A DNA stretch of 64,000 nt from Fimbriimonadales bacterium (GCA_041744215.1 JBGTLG010000016.1:64001-128000); one strand, 5' to 3'. Shown: positions 1-10,043, counted from the first letter of the stretch. The notes: generated from the letters alone by a model not told the origin. Numbers and translations: made by a program.

Positions 1-4
1 CGCA

Positions 5-526
5 ATGTTGCTTGCCGTCTTCGCTGCGGCTGCGGCACCTACTCTCACACCCGAAAAAGAAGGAAAGAAATTGCAAATTGAAGTAAAGATCGCCGACCGG
101 GGTCGGATACTGTTCGAATTCTATCCAGATAAAGCACCGAAGACCGTTGAGCAAATCGTCGGCCTGGCCAAGGAAGGATTTTATGACGGACAAGTTATCC
201 ATCGAGTTGAGAATTGGGTCGTCCAGTGGGGTGATCCGAAGACAAAGGACACCGAGAAACGGCAAGACTGGGGTACCGGCGGCAGCGGCAAACCACTGCC
301 TTTCGAAACCAATGACATTGAAATGACGCGGGGCGTACTTGCCATGGCCTCCACGGGAGAACGCAAAGGCGGAGACTCGCAGATGTTCATCCTGAAGAAG
401 GATGCGGACTGGCTACAGGGAAAATACTGCGCGTTTGGCCGCGTTGTTGAGGGGATCGAGATCGTTGATGCGATTCAGCAAGGCGATAAGATCGAGTCAA
501 TGAAGCAAGTCGTCCCCACGGACTAA
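5..526 (+). CDS. cyclophilin-type peptidyl-prolyl cis-trans isomerase
   Basis: APKTV, GFYDGQVIHRVENWVVQWGDP, GTGGSG, SQMFI and YCAFGRVVEG cyclophilin motifs; hydrophobic N-terminus; start may lie upstream of the window. Confidence 0.93.
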   Translation: MLLAVFAAAAAPTLTPEKEGKKLQIEVKIADRGRILFEFYPDKAPKTVEQIVGLAKEGFYDGQVIHRVENWVVQWGDPKTKDTEKRQDWGTGGSGKPLPFETNDIEMTRGVLAMASTGERKGGDSQMFILKKDADWLQGKYCAFGRVVEGIEIVDAIQQGDKIESMKQVVPTD

Positions 527-1407
527 GCTCGCGTTGCGACGTCAATAAGGGCGAATGCAAACACGCCCATCGACACATAACCGTTGAGGGTGAAGAACGC
601 CATGTTGAGACTGCTAAGATCGTCGGGCTTCACCAGAGTCTGCTCGTAGGTGAGGAGCGCAGCAGCGAGTGCGCATCCAATAAAGTAGAGCCATCCTGCG
701 CCGACTGCCATGCCTGCACCCACCAAGGACAAGACCGCGCACACGTGCAGCAACCGACTGGTTCGTATGGCGATGATCCTGCCGAAACGCGCTGGGATGC
801 TCTTCAGCCCGAAATCACGGTCAAACACGTCGTCCTGGAGCGAGTAGAGAATATCGAAGCCTGCAGTCCAACACGCGACCGCGAGGATCCAAAGCGATGG
901 CGACCAATCGAAGCTGCCGGTCACAGCGACCCATGCTCCTGCCGGAGCCAAGCCAAGCGAGAGTCCGAGTACAAAGTGGCAGAGCCAAGTAAACCTCTTA
1001 GTGTAAGAGTAGCCAAGCATAACAATCAATGGAATTGGCGACAGAACAAAAGCCAGGGGATTCAACAGTGCCGCAGCAGTAAGATAGAGTGCGCAGGACA
1101 TTACGAAGAAAGTCAGCGCACTTCTAAGTGCCAGCCGGCCACTCGGCAGGTGCCTGCTTGCAGTTCGTGGGTTTCGCGCATCTATGTCCCTATCAACGAT
1201 CCTATTGAACGCCATCGCCGCGCTGCGTGCGCTCACCATGGCCAGCACGATCAACAAGAACACGCGCAAACCCGGCCATCCACCGGCCGCGTACATCATC
1301 CCAATCAAGGCGAATGGAAGTGCGAAGATCGAATGCTCGACCTTGATCATCTCGAGGTAGTTGCGGGTTGCGGATTCTCTACTTTCCGCCGGCACTTGTG
1401 ATGACAC
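523..1407 (-). CDS. UbiA-family polyprenyltransferase (MqnP-like)
   Basis: MIKVEHSIFALPFA, NRIVDRDIDARNPRT, YSYTKRFT and GFDILYSLQD motifs; multiple TM segments; start estimated at GTG 1407 (ORF is open to 1476). Confidence 0.88.
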   Translation of the reverse strand: MSSQVPAESRESATRNYLEMIKVEHSIFALPFALIGMMYAAGGWPGLRVFLLIVLAMVSARSAAMAFNRIVDRDIDARNPRTASRHLPSGRLALRSALTFFVMSCALYLTAAALLNPLAFVLSPIPLIVMLGYSYTKRFTWLCHFVLGLSLGLAPAGAWVAVTGSFDWSPSLWILAVACWTAGFDILYSLQDDVFDRDFGLKSIPARFGRIIAIRTSRLLHVCAVLSLVGAGMAVGAGWLYFIGCALAAALLTYEQTLVKPDDLSSLNMAFFTLNGYVSMGVFAFALIDVATRA

Positions 1408-1513
1408 TTTTCTGGGGTTCCCAATGGTAGCCGACCGGGTGCCCTGAAGTCTGCTGCCGGGCCCAAACCCTGGCATAATCGTGTTGGCTTCGTGACCCTC
1501 TCGACCTAAAGTG

Positions 1514-1669
1514 ATGAACTATCTCGTGCTTTGCGCCTCTGTTCCAACAGACGACGACCTTTCGTGGTTTTGGGTACCCGCTATCGCCGCGATCGCGTTC
1601 TTCGTAGGCGCCTACCTCCTATGGGTTGTGTTTAAGCGGATGATGCGGGAAGACCCTCCCCGAGACTAA
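1514..1669 (+). CDS. small single-pass membrane protein (51 aa)
   Basis: Manual translation MNYLVLCASVPTDDDLSWFWVPAIAAIAFFVGAYLLWVVFKRMMREDPPRD; acidic stretch, TM helix, then KR; fills an intergenic gap and ends just before a terminator hairpin. Confidence 0.6.
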   Translation: MNYLVLCASVPTDDDLSWFWVPAIAAIAFFVGAYLLWVVFKRMMREDPPRD

Positions 1670-1685
1670 GGCACAAAATGTAAAG

Positions 1686-1709
1686 GGCCGCCGGTTTTCA
1701 CCGACGGCC
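1686..1709 (-). terminator. intrinsic terminator downstream of PEP-CTERM gene 1
   Basis: Minus strand GGCCGTCGGT-GAAA-ACCGGCGGCC followed by CTTTACATTTT. Confidence 0.7.
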
Positions 1710-1739
1710 ACGAGAGCGTTGAGTAGCGAGGTTCCTTTC

Positions 1740-2378
1740 TTACCGCTTTCGCCGACGAGCTGCAAGTGCTGCGAGTCCGAGGCCGATGACTGCGAGAGTC
1801 GCGGGCTCCGGCACAGCGTTCTGCTCGACGATTCCGAGCGCGGCCACACTGTTCGAGGGCAGCGTCTGTCCGCTAATATCAAGGAAGAAGCTTTTCTTCA
1901 CTTTGTACCGAGTAACGGTCTGAGAAAGGTTGATTGTGGTCGTGAATGCAAACGCGCCGTCTTGGCCACCTGCGTATCCTGAGCCCAAGAATTCTCCGGA
2001 TGCACTGCCAAGAGATTTATTCCCTGTGGTCTCAACAACCTCGCTCCAAGCGATTCGGCCCCTGTCCATCACGAAACCTGTGATTACCATCCCGATGTCG
2101 GCTACAGGGAAGCCGTTGGTTGCGTCAACCTCGTACAGAATCGTCACGATTGCCGCCGCGTTCGCACTGCCATCCCCGACAATTGTCGGCACCGCGCCGA
2201 GGTCGAAATCGATCTTGCTGTTCAAAGGTCCACTAACAAACCAAGGAATCGCGGAGCTTGCGCCGGTCGGCGCAAAGGCCACGTTCGCCGTGATGACGTT
2301 GTAGACAAAGTTCGAATGTCCGAGGGAGGCCAGAAGGGTGATACCCGCCAGGACTCCGATTTTGGAAAGGTTCTTCAT
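1740..2378 (-). CDS. PEP-CTERM sorting domain protein 1
   Basis: Signal peptide; C-terminus VPEPATLAVIGLGLAALAARRRKR; GAGGAG RBS upstream. Confidence 0.92.
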   Translation of the reverse strand: MKNLSKIGVLAGITLLASLGHSNFVYNVITANVAFAPTGASSAIPWFVSGPLNSKIDFDLGAVPTIVGDGSANAAAIVTILYEVDATNGFPVADIGMVITGFVMDRGRIAWSEVVETTGNKSLGSASGEFLGSGYAGGQDGAFAFTTTINLSQTVTRYKVKKSFFLDISGQTLPSNSVAALGIVEQNAVPEPATLAVIGLGLAALAARRRKR

Positions 2379-2658
2379 AATTGCTCTCCTCGTTCTCCTT
2401 TATGATTTTTACTGAAGCAAAGTTGCCTCAATGATGCCAATAGTACCGGTCTCGGCCTTCCGAGCCCACAGTACTTCCATATTGTTCTTTCAATCGTACC
2501 AGAAGCAGCTTCCCCCTTCCACCCGGGCTTGAGGTAGCTGCTTGCTTACCGTATTATACGGGACCTACAGCCAAATGGATCGCCTAAGCGGCGTAGTTTT
2601 TACTAGTTTCGGGGCTAAATTTTGTCGCCCTGGCGCCATGGGTATCCTTACAAGGTCA

Positions 2659-3318
2659 ATGGATCCAAGAGATATCATCGTGAGGCGGGCGGCCCAAGAA
2701 CTCAAAGACGGCATGTACGTGAACTTAGGCATTGGGATGCCGACCCTCGTCGCCAACCACATTCCGCCTGGGGTCGAGGTGACCCTGCAATCGGAGAATG
2801 GGCTACTCGGAATCGGTCCCTTTCCGACCGAAGATGAGGTAGACGCTGACCTCATAAACGCTGGGAAGCAGACAGTTTCGGCCCTCCCAGGCTCCAGCTT
2901 CTTCAGTAGCGCAGACTCGTTCGCGATGATCAGGGGCGGGCATATTGACCTCAGCATCCTCGGTGGCATGGAGGTGAGCGAAAACGGCGACCTGGCGAAC
3001 TACATGATCCCCGGGAAGATGGTCAAGGGGATGGGCGGGGCGATGGACCTCGTCGCCAGCACAAACCACGTGGTGGTCATCCAAACGCACACGGCAAAGG
3101 ACGGGTCGCCAAAGATCCTGAAGAGCTGCGACCTTCCTCTCACTGGTCGCCGAGTTGTTAACCGAATCATTACCGAAAAAGCGGTTTTCGATGTGAAACC
3201 AGAGGGAGGACTCATCCTGATTGAGCATGCGCCAGGCGTGACCGTGGAGGAGATTCGCAGTTCTACTGGCTGCCCGTTCGAAGTCGCCTCCGACCTCAAA
3301 GAAATGTCCCTCGCCTAA
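2659..3318 (+). CDS. scoB: 3-oxoacid CoA-transferase subunit B
   Basis: [15 protein letters not shown] (catalytic Glu), [11 protein letters not shown] and [10 protein letters not shown]; start taken at MDPRDII. Confidence 0.9.
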   Translation: MDPRDIIVRRAAQELKDGMYVNLGIGMPTLVANHIPPGVEVTLQSENGLLGIGPFPTEDEVDADLINAGKQTVSALPGSSFFSSADSFAMIRGGHIDLSILGGMEVSENGDLANYMIPGKMVKGMGGAMDLVASTNHVVVIQTHTAKDGSPKILKSCDLPLTGRRVVNRIITEKAVFDVKPEGGLILIEHAPGVTVEEIRSSTGCPFEVASDLKEMSLA

Positions 3319-3324
3319 ACCCGG

Positions 3325-5514
3325 CTACTCACCGCGGGCGAGAGCGCCGACCACATTGGAGTAATCGTCCGTCCACAGCCTGCCTGGCCTATTCTCCATG
3401 AGTTGCATCCAGGCCACGATCCGGCCGAGTGGCGCTAATGCCTCAGGCGTCGCACCCATGACCACCCACGTCGACTGCGTTTTGCCTTCCTCGCGGAGGG
3501 TGTCTGATACGTTTGAATCCTGGAAGACTCGCGCCTGGAGCGAAAGGGCATTTGCAGCCCGTGCGAGAGGATCCCTCAAGTCGAGATACCGGTTCGAAAT
3601 GTGGAAGGCGAGGACGCCGCCCTCCCGCAACTTACTAAGGTACATTCGGATAGCTTCGACCGTGAGCAGGTGAGTCGGTATAGCATCCGAGCTGAAAGCA
3701 TCGAGGACAAGAAGATCATAGCTGGCGTCGGGCTCCTTCGCCAAGGTGAGTCGCGCGTCTCCTACGACCATCCGAACGTCTGCGCGCGAGTCTCGTAGAA
3801 ATGTGAACTTGCCCGAGTCACGCGCTATCTCAATCACGATCGGATCTATCTCAAAGAAGGTAAATCGGTCACCGGGCCTACCGTACGCGGCGAGGGCTCC
3901 AACACCGAGGCCGACAAGGCCCACGTCGCTAAGCTTGCCTCCGGCTTGGAACGACTGAAAGAGGTTCCCCATCGGGCCGGTCGGGTGGTAGTACGTGAGT
4001 GGGATATGTCGCTTCTCTAAAATCAAGCTCTGGCGTCCATGAATGGTGTTTCCGTGCAAAAGCGCTCGAGTCTCAGTGGGCTCGTCGACGATCCGGTGTA
4101 CGCCGAAGAAACTGCGTTGGACCGAGGTCACTCTCCCTGCGATTGAAGTGTTGAGTGTGAGCGAGACGATGAGGATGGCACCGATCGACAGTGCGTAGCG
4201 CGCGGGTTTCTCAAAACTCAGGAACGCCGCGAGGATGGGCACGCCTAACATTACGATGTTTCGAGTGGGGCCCGGCGCAATTCCTACTCTCTCTGACACC
4301 AGATAGGCCACCACCGCGACGCAGGCAACACCAATCGCATAAGCAGCGTCCCTGCCGATGCTTCCTTGCCTACTTGACAAAGAAGCTCGGAAAAGAAGCG
4401 CGGCAATGATTGCGATCGGATATTCTGCGACGTTTGCGAAGAGCGCAGGCGCCAGCAACGCATTGAAGGCGCCGCCTATCACACCTCCAAGCGATAGATA
4501 CAAGTAGAACTCCGTTAGGTTCCCCGCATCCGGTCGGCTTTCAGCGAGCCTTGAATGACAAAACAGTGCTGCAAGAGTAAAGAAAGCAATGTGCGCGAAA
4601 CTCGTCACGAGGATGGGATCACTCACACCCAAGGAAACGAGCAACGCCATCGCGACCGCCGCCAAGCCAGTCGCCCGCCCGAGAGACGCCGACTTGAAGA
4701 GCGGCTTGCTTCGAAACGCGACAACATACGTGAGTAGAAACAGTGCTAGCGGAATCACCCAGAGCAACGGCACCGCAGCGATGTTGGCAGTCAAGAAAGA
4801 CGTTACGCCAAGCAGCAGGCTGGTGGGCACTGCGGCGAGCGCAACCCAGCCGAGTCGTTGCGTCGCTGTAATCTGTTGAGTTGATTGCTCACGTGGCGCA
4901 CTCAATTCCGCCACGTTTCCAGCCCTCCACATCAAGATAGCCGCGAAGCCCATCAGCGCGACTAAGGCGAAGAACCCATAGCGCCAGAGCGTTCGCTGCT
5001 CATCGAGCGCCAACGCCGGTTCGACGACCAGCGGGTAAGCCAGCAAGGCGACGAAGCTCCCAAAGTTGCTCGCGGCATAAAGAAAATAAGGGTCCGCAGC
5101 GTGCTGGTGCCGAGTCGCTGCAAACCACCGCTGCACGAGCGGCGCACCGGCCGAACATGCGAAGAAAGGCGCACCAACGACGACCAGAAGTAACAGCAGG
5201 AGTGCAGCCTGCACTGGCAGGCCAGATTCGGACGGGTCGTAAGACTCTGGCATCTGCACCAGGAAGAGCGCAGCTGCTCCGAGGATGAATAGGTGGAGAA
5301 GCGCCTGCTTCCGCGGGCCTAGCAACCTCGTCGAGAGGTGGGCGTATGCGTATCCCGCCAGCAGAACTGCCTGAAAGAACACCAGGGACGTATTCCAAAC
5401 AGCTGGCGCGCCACCGAAGCTCGGCAAAATCATTTTTGCGATCATCGGCTGAACCATGAAGAGAAGAGCCGAGCCGAGAAGAATCGCGCAGGTGTAGGTG
5501 GCGAGAACGATCAC
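3325..5514 (-). CDS. fused multi-TM / spermidine synthase-like SAM-binding protein
   Basis: About 12 TM segments, then HGNTIHG, VGLGVGAL, FFEIDP, GDARL, VLDAFSSD and WTDDYSN. Confidence 0.85.
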   Translation of the reverse strand: MIVLATYTCAILLGSALLFMVQPMIAKMILPSFGGAPAVWNTSLVFFQAVLLAGYAYAHLSTRLLGPRKQALLHLFILGAAALFLVQMPESYDPSESGLPVQAALLLLLLVVVGAPFFACSAGAPLVQRWFAATRHQHAADPYFLYAASNFGSFVALLAYPLVVEPALALDEQRTLWRYGFFALVALMGFAAILMWRAGNVAELSAPREQSTQQITATQRLGWVALAAVPTSLLLGVTSFLTANIAAVPLLWVIPLALFLLTYVVAFRSKPLFKSASLGRATGLAAVAMALLVSLGVSDPILVTSFAHIAFFTLAALFCHSRLAESRPDAGNLTEFYLYLSLGGVIGGAFNALLAPALFANVAEYPIAIIAALLFRASLSSRQGSIGRDAAYAIGVACVAVVAYLVSERVGIAPGPTRNIVMLGVPILAAFLSFEKPARYALSIGAILIVSLTLNTSIAGRVTSVQRSFFGVHRIVDEPTETRALLHGNTIHGRQSLILEKRHIPLTYYHPTGPMGNLFQSFQAGGKLSDVGLVGLGVGALAAYGRPGDRFTFFEIDPIVIEIARDSGKFTFLRDSRADVRMVVGDARLTLAKEPDASYDLLVLDAFSSDAIPTHLLTVEAIRMYLSKLREGGVLAFHISNRYLDLRDPLARAANALSLQARVFQDSNVSDTLREEGKTQSTWVVMGATPEALAPLGRIVAWMQLMENRPGRLWTDDYSNVVGALARGE

Positions 5515-5569
5515 GGGCCAGATAGTGTGGCACGCGTCAAAAGAGCGACGCCCTCACGAGGCGTCAGCG

Positions 5570-6085
5570 CTAAGGCGAGTATTCGATCCGAATCTCCACT
5601 TGGGTGGTATTGCCGAGTCGCATTGCGACAATCGTGTAGTGCTCGTTGAGGCTCTCGCCTTCGAGGGTCGAGGTCGGACCCACGGCTGCTTCGCCGATCA
5701 CCTTGTTGACCCGGGGTCTGTAGAAATCGATGACGTCGTCTGGTCTGTCGGGAGTCTCGAACACAAGGACTCGGACCACGCCTTTCGTTTCGTCTGAGAC
5801 TTTCTTCGCCCCTGGATACGTTGGCAAACCGTGCTTAGGGTCTACGGGCGCGGGGAGTTCGCCGACCGTGGTGGGTGGTTTCTCCTGGTCGCTGCCAACC
5901 CCATGAGGGGCGCCATCAATGCCCTCAGTCACCACCTTCGGCGGCTCGGCCTCGATTTCGATTGTGCGCTCCGGCGGTCCGCTGCATCCTGCAATGGCCA
6001 GCCAAGCGATCAGCCCGCAACCGTTTACTCCGAGGCGAGTCCGCCTCGAAGAATGATCGCTGTGGTCTCTCGCTATCTGGCGCAT
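5570..6085 (-). CDS. hypothetical lipoprotein
   Basis: Lipobox IAGC; Pro-rich linker; domain GLPTYPGA...FETPDRPDDVIDFY similar to the neighbouring gene. Confidence 0.7.
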   Translation of the reverse strand: MRQIARDHSDHSSRRTRLGVNGCGLIAWLAIAGCSGPPERTIEIEAEPPKVVTEGIDGAPHGVGSDQEKPPTTVGELPAPVDPKHGLPTYPGAKKVSDETKGVVRVLVFETPDRPDDVIDFYRPRVNKVIGEAAVGPTSTLEGESLNEHYTIVAMRLGNTTQVEIRIEYSP

Positions 6086-6193
6086 TCTCGCGTTTTCTCC
6101 AGTTCCTGCCGCGAGCGGCTAGGAAGCTTAAAACGCACGCCGAACGCTAAGAGTTTCGCTGCCGGCACAACCGGGACAAGAAAGCTTGAGGCT

Positions 6194-6718
6194 CTACTTC
6201 TTCTTTCGCAGGTTGGTGATCGTAATGGTTGTTGACTTTTCTGCCTTGGTGACCATCACTGTTGTGACTCGACCTCCGCTGTCCCAGTTACCAAAGAAGC
6301 TGTCTCCGGACACAACGGTTCCCGTCGGCTTACCCAGCTTAGATTCGTAGAACGCCTTGACTTTGTCTGGCGAGTCCGATGTCTCTCGAACACTGACTAC
6401 GTTCTCTCCTTCATCCGTTTGCATCGACATGCTTCCAGCCAGCTCTTTTGAATCGGGATAGAACGGCACGCCAAGCTGAGCTTCTGATACCATTCCAACC
6501 CCACCTGCCGCGACCTTGCCATCTGGACCCTGAATCTCGAAGTTGCCGGATTCGTCAAACTTCATCTTCGCGTCGCCATCCGCGGTTTTTACGTCGACAG
6601 ACTTTCCGTCAGCAGCGACGTTGACCTGATTGCCTTTGTCGTCGATGTAAACGGATTTCTTGTCGCAGCCCACCGCAAGCACGATAGCGATTGATAGCAG
6701 CCAAACATAGTTCTTCAT
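6194..6718 (-). CDS. hypothetical lipoprotein
   Basis: Signal peptide II with AVGC; domain GVPFYPDS...RETSDSPDKVKAFY; start overlaps the pgk stop. Confidence 0.8.
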   Translation of the reverse strand: MKNYVWLLSIAIVLAVGCDKKSVYIDDKGNQVNVAADGKSVDVKTADGDAKMKFDESGNFEIQGPDGKVAAGGVGMVSEAQLGVPFYPDSKELAGSMSMQTDEGENVVSVRETSDSPDKVKAFYESKLGKPTGTVVSGDSFFGNWDSGGRVTTVMVTKAEKSTTITITNLRKKK

Positions 6719-7917
6719 TTCAATGCTCCTTCTGTTTGAATCTCCCGTCTGTCTTGCAACACGGCGATGCCGGGCAAGTTCTTGCCTTCCATAAATTCTA
6801 AACTCGCTCCGCCGCCAGTGCTTACATGGCTCATGGCACTAGCAAGTCCCATGCGTTCAACCGCCGCTGCCGTGTCTCCTCCGCCTACGACACTTGTGCA
6901 TGCAGATTCCGCAAGCGCCTTTGCAACTGCTTCAGTTCCCATAGCAAACGCTGGTATCTCACTCACACCCATGGGGCCATTCCATACAACGGTTCCGGCG
7001 TTTAGAATCACTTCTCTAAACGCGCGAGCAGATTCTGTCCCAATGTCCAGCCCCAATTGATCGTGAGGAATTGAGTCCCTATCTACGACTGATCCAGATG
7101 CATCTGCACTGACTTCGGTCGCAACGACAACATCCGATGGCAAAAGAATCTTCGGATCCTCCGAAACAGAGCGCGCAAAGTCCAAGCTCTCTGCATCGAG
7201 TATCGATTTTCCGATCTCGAGCCCCATCGCCCTGTAGAACGTGAACATCATGCCGCCACCGATCAAGAGGCGATCCACTTTCGGCAGAAGCTGTTCGATG
7301 ACGCCGATCTTATCCTTCACTTTGGCGCCACCCAAGATTGCGACGAAGGGTCGAGACGGGTCTTCTAAGGCATTTCCTAGATACTCGATTTCTTTCTCCA
7401 TCAGTAACCCCGCGACGCTGGGTAGATAATGCCCGATTCCTTCCGTGCTTGCATGCGCTCGATGTGCACTACCAAATGCGTCATTGACAAAAAGGTCCGC
7501 GAGAGACGCCAGTTTCTTCGCGAAGACCGGATCGTTTTCCGTCTCTTCTGGATGGAAACGTACGTTTTCCAGCAACATGACGTCACCGCGTTCCAGTGCC
7601 ATCGCCATCAGACTTGCCTCGGGACCAATGCAGTCGGGCGCAAGCGGGACTTCCTTCCCCAACAGTTGCCCCAGCCGTTCCGCAATTGGCGCAAGCGACC
7701 ACTTTGAATCGCGCCCCTTAGGCCTTCCCAGGTGGCTCGCCAAGATGACCTTTGCCCCCGCACCAGTTAAGGCACGTATCGTTGAGAGCGATTCGACAAT
7801 CCTTCGATCATCGACTACCCGACCGGAGTCGTCTTGCGGAACATTGAAATCCGCGCGGACAAATACCCGGCGAGACCCAACGTCAACATCTCGAATGGTC
7901 CGCTTTACGAGCCGCAC
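6715..7917 (-). CDS. pgk: phosphoglycerate kinase
   Basis: RADFNVP, ASHLGRP, LLENVRF, NDAFGSAHRAH, WNGPMG and STGGGASLE. Confidence 0.98.
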   Translation of the reverse strand: MRLVKRTIRDVDVGSRRVFVRADFNVPQDDSGRVVDDRRIVESLSTIRALTGAGAKVILASHLGRPKGRDSKWSLAPIAERLGQLLGKEVPLAPDCIGPEASLMAMALERGDVMLLENVRFHPEETENDPVFAKKLASLADLFVNDAFGSAHRAHASTEGIGHYLPSVAGLLMEKEIEYLGNALEDPSRPFVAILGGAKVKDKIGVIEQLLPKVDRLLIGGGMMFTFYRAMGLEIGKSILDAESLDFARSVSEDPKILLPSDVVVATEVSADASGSVVDRDSIPHDQLGLDIGTESARAFREVILNAGTVVWNGPMGVSEIPAFAMGTEAVAKALAESACTSVVGGGDTAAAVERMGLASAMSHVSTGGGASLEFMEGKNLPGIAVLQDRREIQTEGALK

Positions 7918-7927
7918 GGTCAGGATT

Positions 7928-8482
7928 CTACCGTCCCGGCCTCGCCCATGAGCGGAGCTCCGCGGCGAGGCGTTTAGAATAGACGAGGTTTCCGAGCATA
8001 GTTAGCTTCTCGCGCGGCTCTACCTGAAGGCGCACACGCTTCCCGTCAACTTCTGCTTCAACAAGGACCCATCTGCCGAGCAACAAGAGGGAGTTCATAT
8101 TCGCCCCGAAACGAATCGACCGAATCGCGGACCGAGGCAGCTCATGGTTTAAGGTGTCGCCGAAGAACTCCAAGCGGTCGGAATGAAGGATCAGCCAGCC
8201 GACGTCCTCATGAGTGTGTATTGCTGCCTTTCGCTTTGGGCGCGCAAAGCCAACAAAAAATGTCCGATCCCCAGACCCAGGTCGATCTGCGAGGAGCTTT
8301 CCAAGCATCTCCCGACGCAAGGTCTTGTTTTGAAACAGCGAGAAGAAGTTTATCGCAAGCCAGAGTACAACCGGGATCGACACCCAAACGTAGAAAGCTA
8401 GATCTGATTTGCCAGCCTGACTCAGAGAGACCGCGACCGCTGGGAGCGGCGCGACAAAGAGCAGGGGCACGAGATTCGACAT
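7928..8482 (-). CDS. hypothetical membrane protein
   Basis: 184-aa ORF with two N-terminal hydrophobic segments, in operon-like spacing. Confidence 0.65.
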   Translation of the reverse strand: MSNLVPLLFVAPLPAVAVSLSQAGKSDLAFYVWVSIPVVLWLAINFFSLFQNKTLRREMLGKLLADRPGSGDRTFFVGFARPKRKAAIHTHEDVGWLILHSDRLEFFGDTLNHELPRSAIRSIRFGANMNSLLLLGRWVLVEAEVDGKRVRLQVEPREKLTMLGNLVYSKRLAAELRSWARPGR

Positions 8483-8514
8483 CCATTGCCTAAAGTCTGA
8501 CCAAACTCGATTCT

Positions 8515-9078
8515 TCAGAGCTTCATCCCCAACGTCGCCTGCAACAGATTTACACCTCCATTAGAACCGCCGGTTCCAGCGTTGCTGATGTGAATCCATC
8601 GGATGCCGATGCGCGGCGAGCCTTCGATCGTGTGCAGGTACATCCCTGCACCAGCAAACGAGGCGAAGTTGGCTCTTGTAGAGATATCACCTGTTAACTG
8701 ATCCGCGAGAAAGACTCCAGAGCCAAACTCCATGTAAGGCGAATACTCCTCGCCGTTCGAGTACGTGAGTCGCATTCCGAAACTCAGCCAGCCTGCCAGA
8801 AAATTGCTGCCATCGCGACCATATACATCAGTCAAGATTACTTTTGCTCCTGCGACTTCATCGATTTGCACTTGCTTCCACTTTGCGAACTTGGCCAACC
8901 TTGCGGGCCAAGCTAACTCGAAGCCAAAAGTTGAGCCGCGTCGGTACTCGTTTGTACCGAGCGTGATGATTGATGTGCCGTAAGACACATCAGCGGACCA
9001 GGTTGGGGGATTGAAGTTCTGCGCAATCGCGGAGCTGCAACAAAGGGACAAGCCCAGGAACCATTTTCTCATATTCAA
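8515..9078 (-). CDS. PagL-like acyloxyacyl hydrolase / lipid A deacylase beta-barrel protein
   Basis: Signal peptide; amphipathic beta strands; C-terminal RWIHISNAG...NGGVN (H-x-S-N motif). Confidence 0.75.
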   Translation of the reverse strand: MNMRKWFLGLSLCCSSAIAQNFNPPTWSADVSYGTSIITLGTNEYRRGSTFGFELAWPARLAKFAKWKQVQIDEVAGAKVILTDVYGRDGSNFLAGWLSFGMRLTYSNGEEYSPYMEFGSGVFLADQLTGDISTRANFASFAGAGMYLHTIEGSPRIGIRWIHISNAGTGGSNGGVNLLQATLGMKL

Positions 9079-9080
9079 AT

Positions 9081-10043
9081 CTACTGTGCCATCACTTCCG
9101 CAAGAAGCAATCTCTCAGGGTCAACTTCGCGCGGAGTCGATAACACAACATCCAAGCGCTCTGCGACGAGCCTCTTTCCAACGAGTCCAATTGTATGGCA
9201 TTCACAGCCGGCCATTGCCGCCTTGACCGCTTCTGCACCCATACGCGTAGCGAGGACGCGATCCAATGCTGTCGGGCTGCCGCCTCGCTGCATGTGGCCC
9301 AACACCAAGCAGCGCACCTCGTAGCCAGTTTCGCGATGCAAGTATTCTTGCACCGAGGACGCAGTCGCGGCACCTTCCGCCGTAACGATGATGCTTGATC
9401 GCTTTCCTTTTGCGACACCGGCGCGGAGCGTATCGCAGATCCCGGGAAGGTCGAACGGGAGTTCTGGGATCAAGATCGCTTCCGCACCACCGGCGAGTCC
9501 AGCCTCCAAGGCGATAAAGCCACTCCTCCTGCCCATGACCTCGATCACGAACACTCGATCGTGCGAATAAGCGGTGTCCCGAATCTTGTCAATTGCCTCA
9601 ACAGCGGTGTTCACTGCCGTATCGAAGCCGATGCTCAGATCGCTGCACGGGATGTCATTATCGATCGAGCCTGGCAATCCGATGACCCGAGTGCCGTGTT
9701 CGTTGTGCAGTGCCATTGCTCCGGCGAGCGATCCATCGCCGCCCACAACGACCAGCCAGTGGACTCCGGCGTCGCGTAGAACTGAAGCCGCCTTCGATCG
9801 ACCGTCCGGTTCCATAAACCTCGGGCTCCTGCCGCTCCTAAGCATCGTGCCGCCCCGGCCGATGATGCCACCGACGTCGACCGATTTCATTTGATAGAGG
9901 TCACCATCAATCAGGCCATCGAAACCGTTCCTGACGCCATAGACTTCGAGCCCGCGACCCAGGCTGGTCCGAACAACGGCGCGGATCGAGGCGTTCATCC
10001 CGGGCGAATCGCCACCGCTTGTCAATATCGCCAACCGATCCAT
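9081..10043 (-). CDS. pfkA: ATP-dependent 6-phosphofructokinase
   Basis: LTSGGDSPGMN, GGDGS, SIDND, EVMGR and LGHMQRGG. Confidence 0.97.
   Translation of the reverse strand: MDRLAILTSGGDSPGMNASIRAVVRTSLGRGLEVYGVRNGFDGLIDGDLYQMKSVDVGGIIGRGGTMLRSGRSPRFMEPDGRSKAASVLRDAGVHWLVVVGGDGSLAGAMALHNEHGTRVIGLPGSIDNDIPCSDLSIGFDTAVNTAVEAIDKIRDTAYSHDRVFVIEVMGRRSGFIALEAGLAGGAEAILIPELPFDLPGICDTLRAGVAKGKRSSIIVTAEGAATASSVQEYLHRETGYEVRCLVLGHMQRGGSPTALDRVLATRMGAEAVKAAMAGCECHTIGLVGKRLVAERLDVVLSTPREVDPERLLLAEVMAQ

Noticed and set aside
2659-3318. scoB without an adjacent A subunit; nucleoside ABC genes (36582-39963) without a binding lipoprotein
   Set aside because: Operons look generally fragmented in this genome; partners are probably elsewhere.
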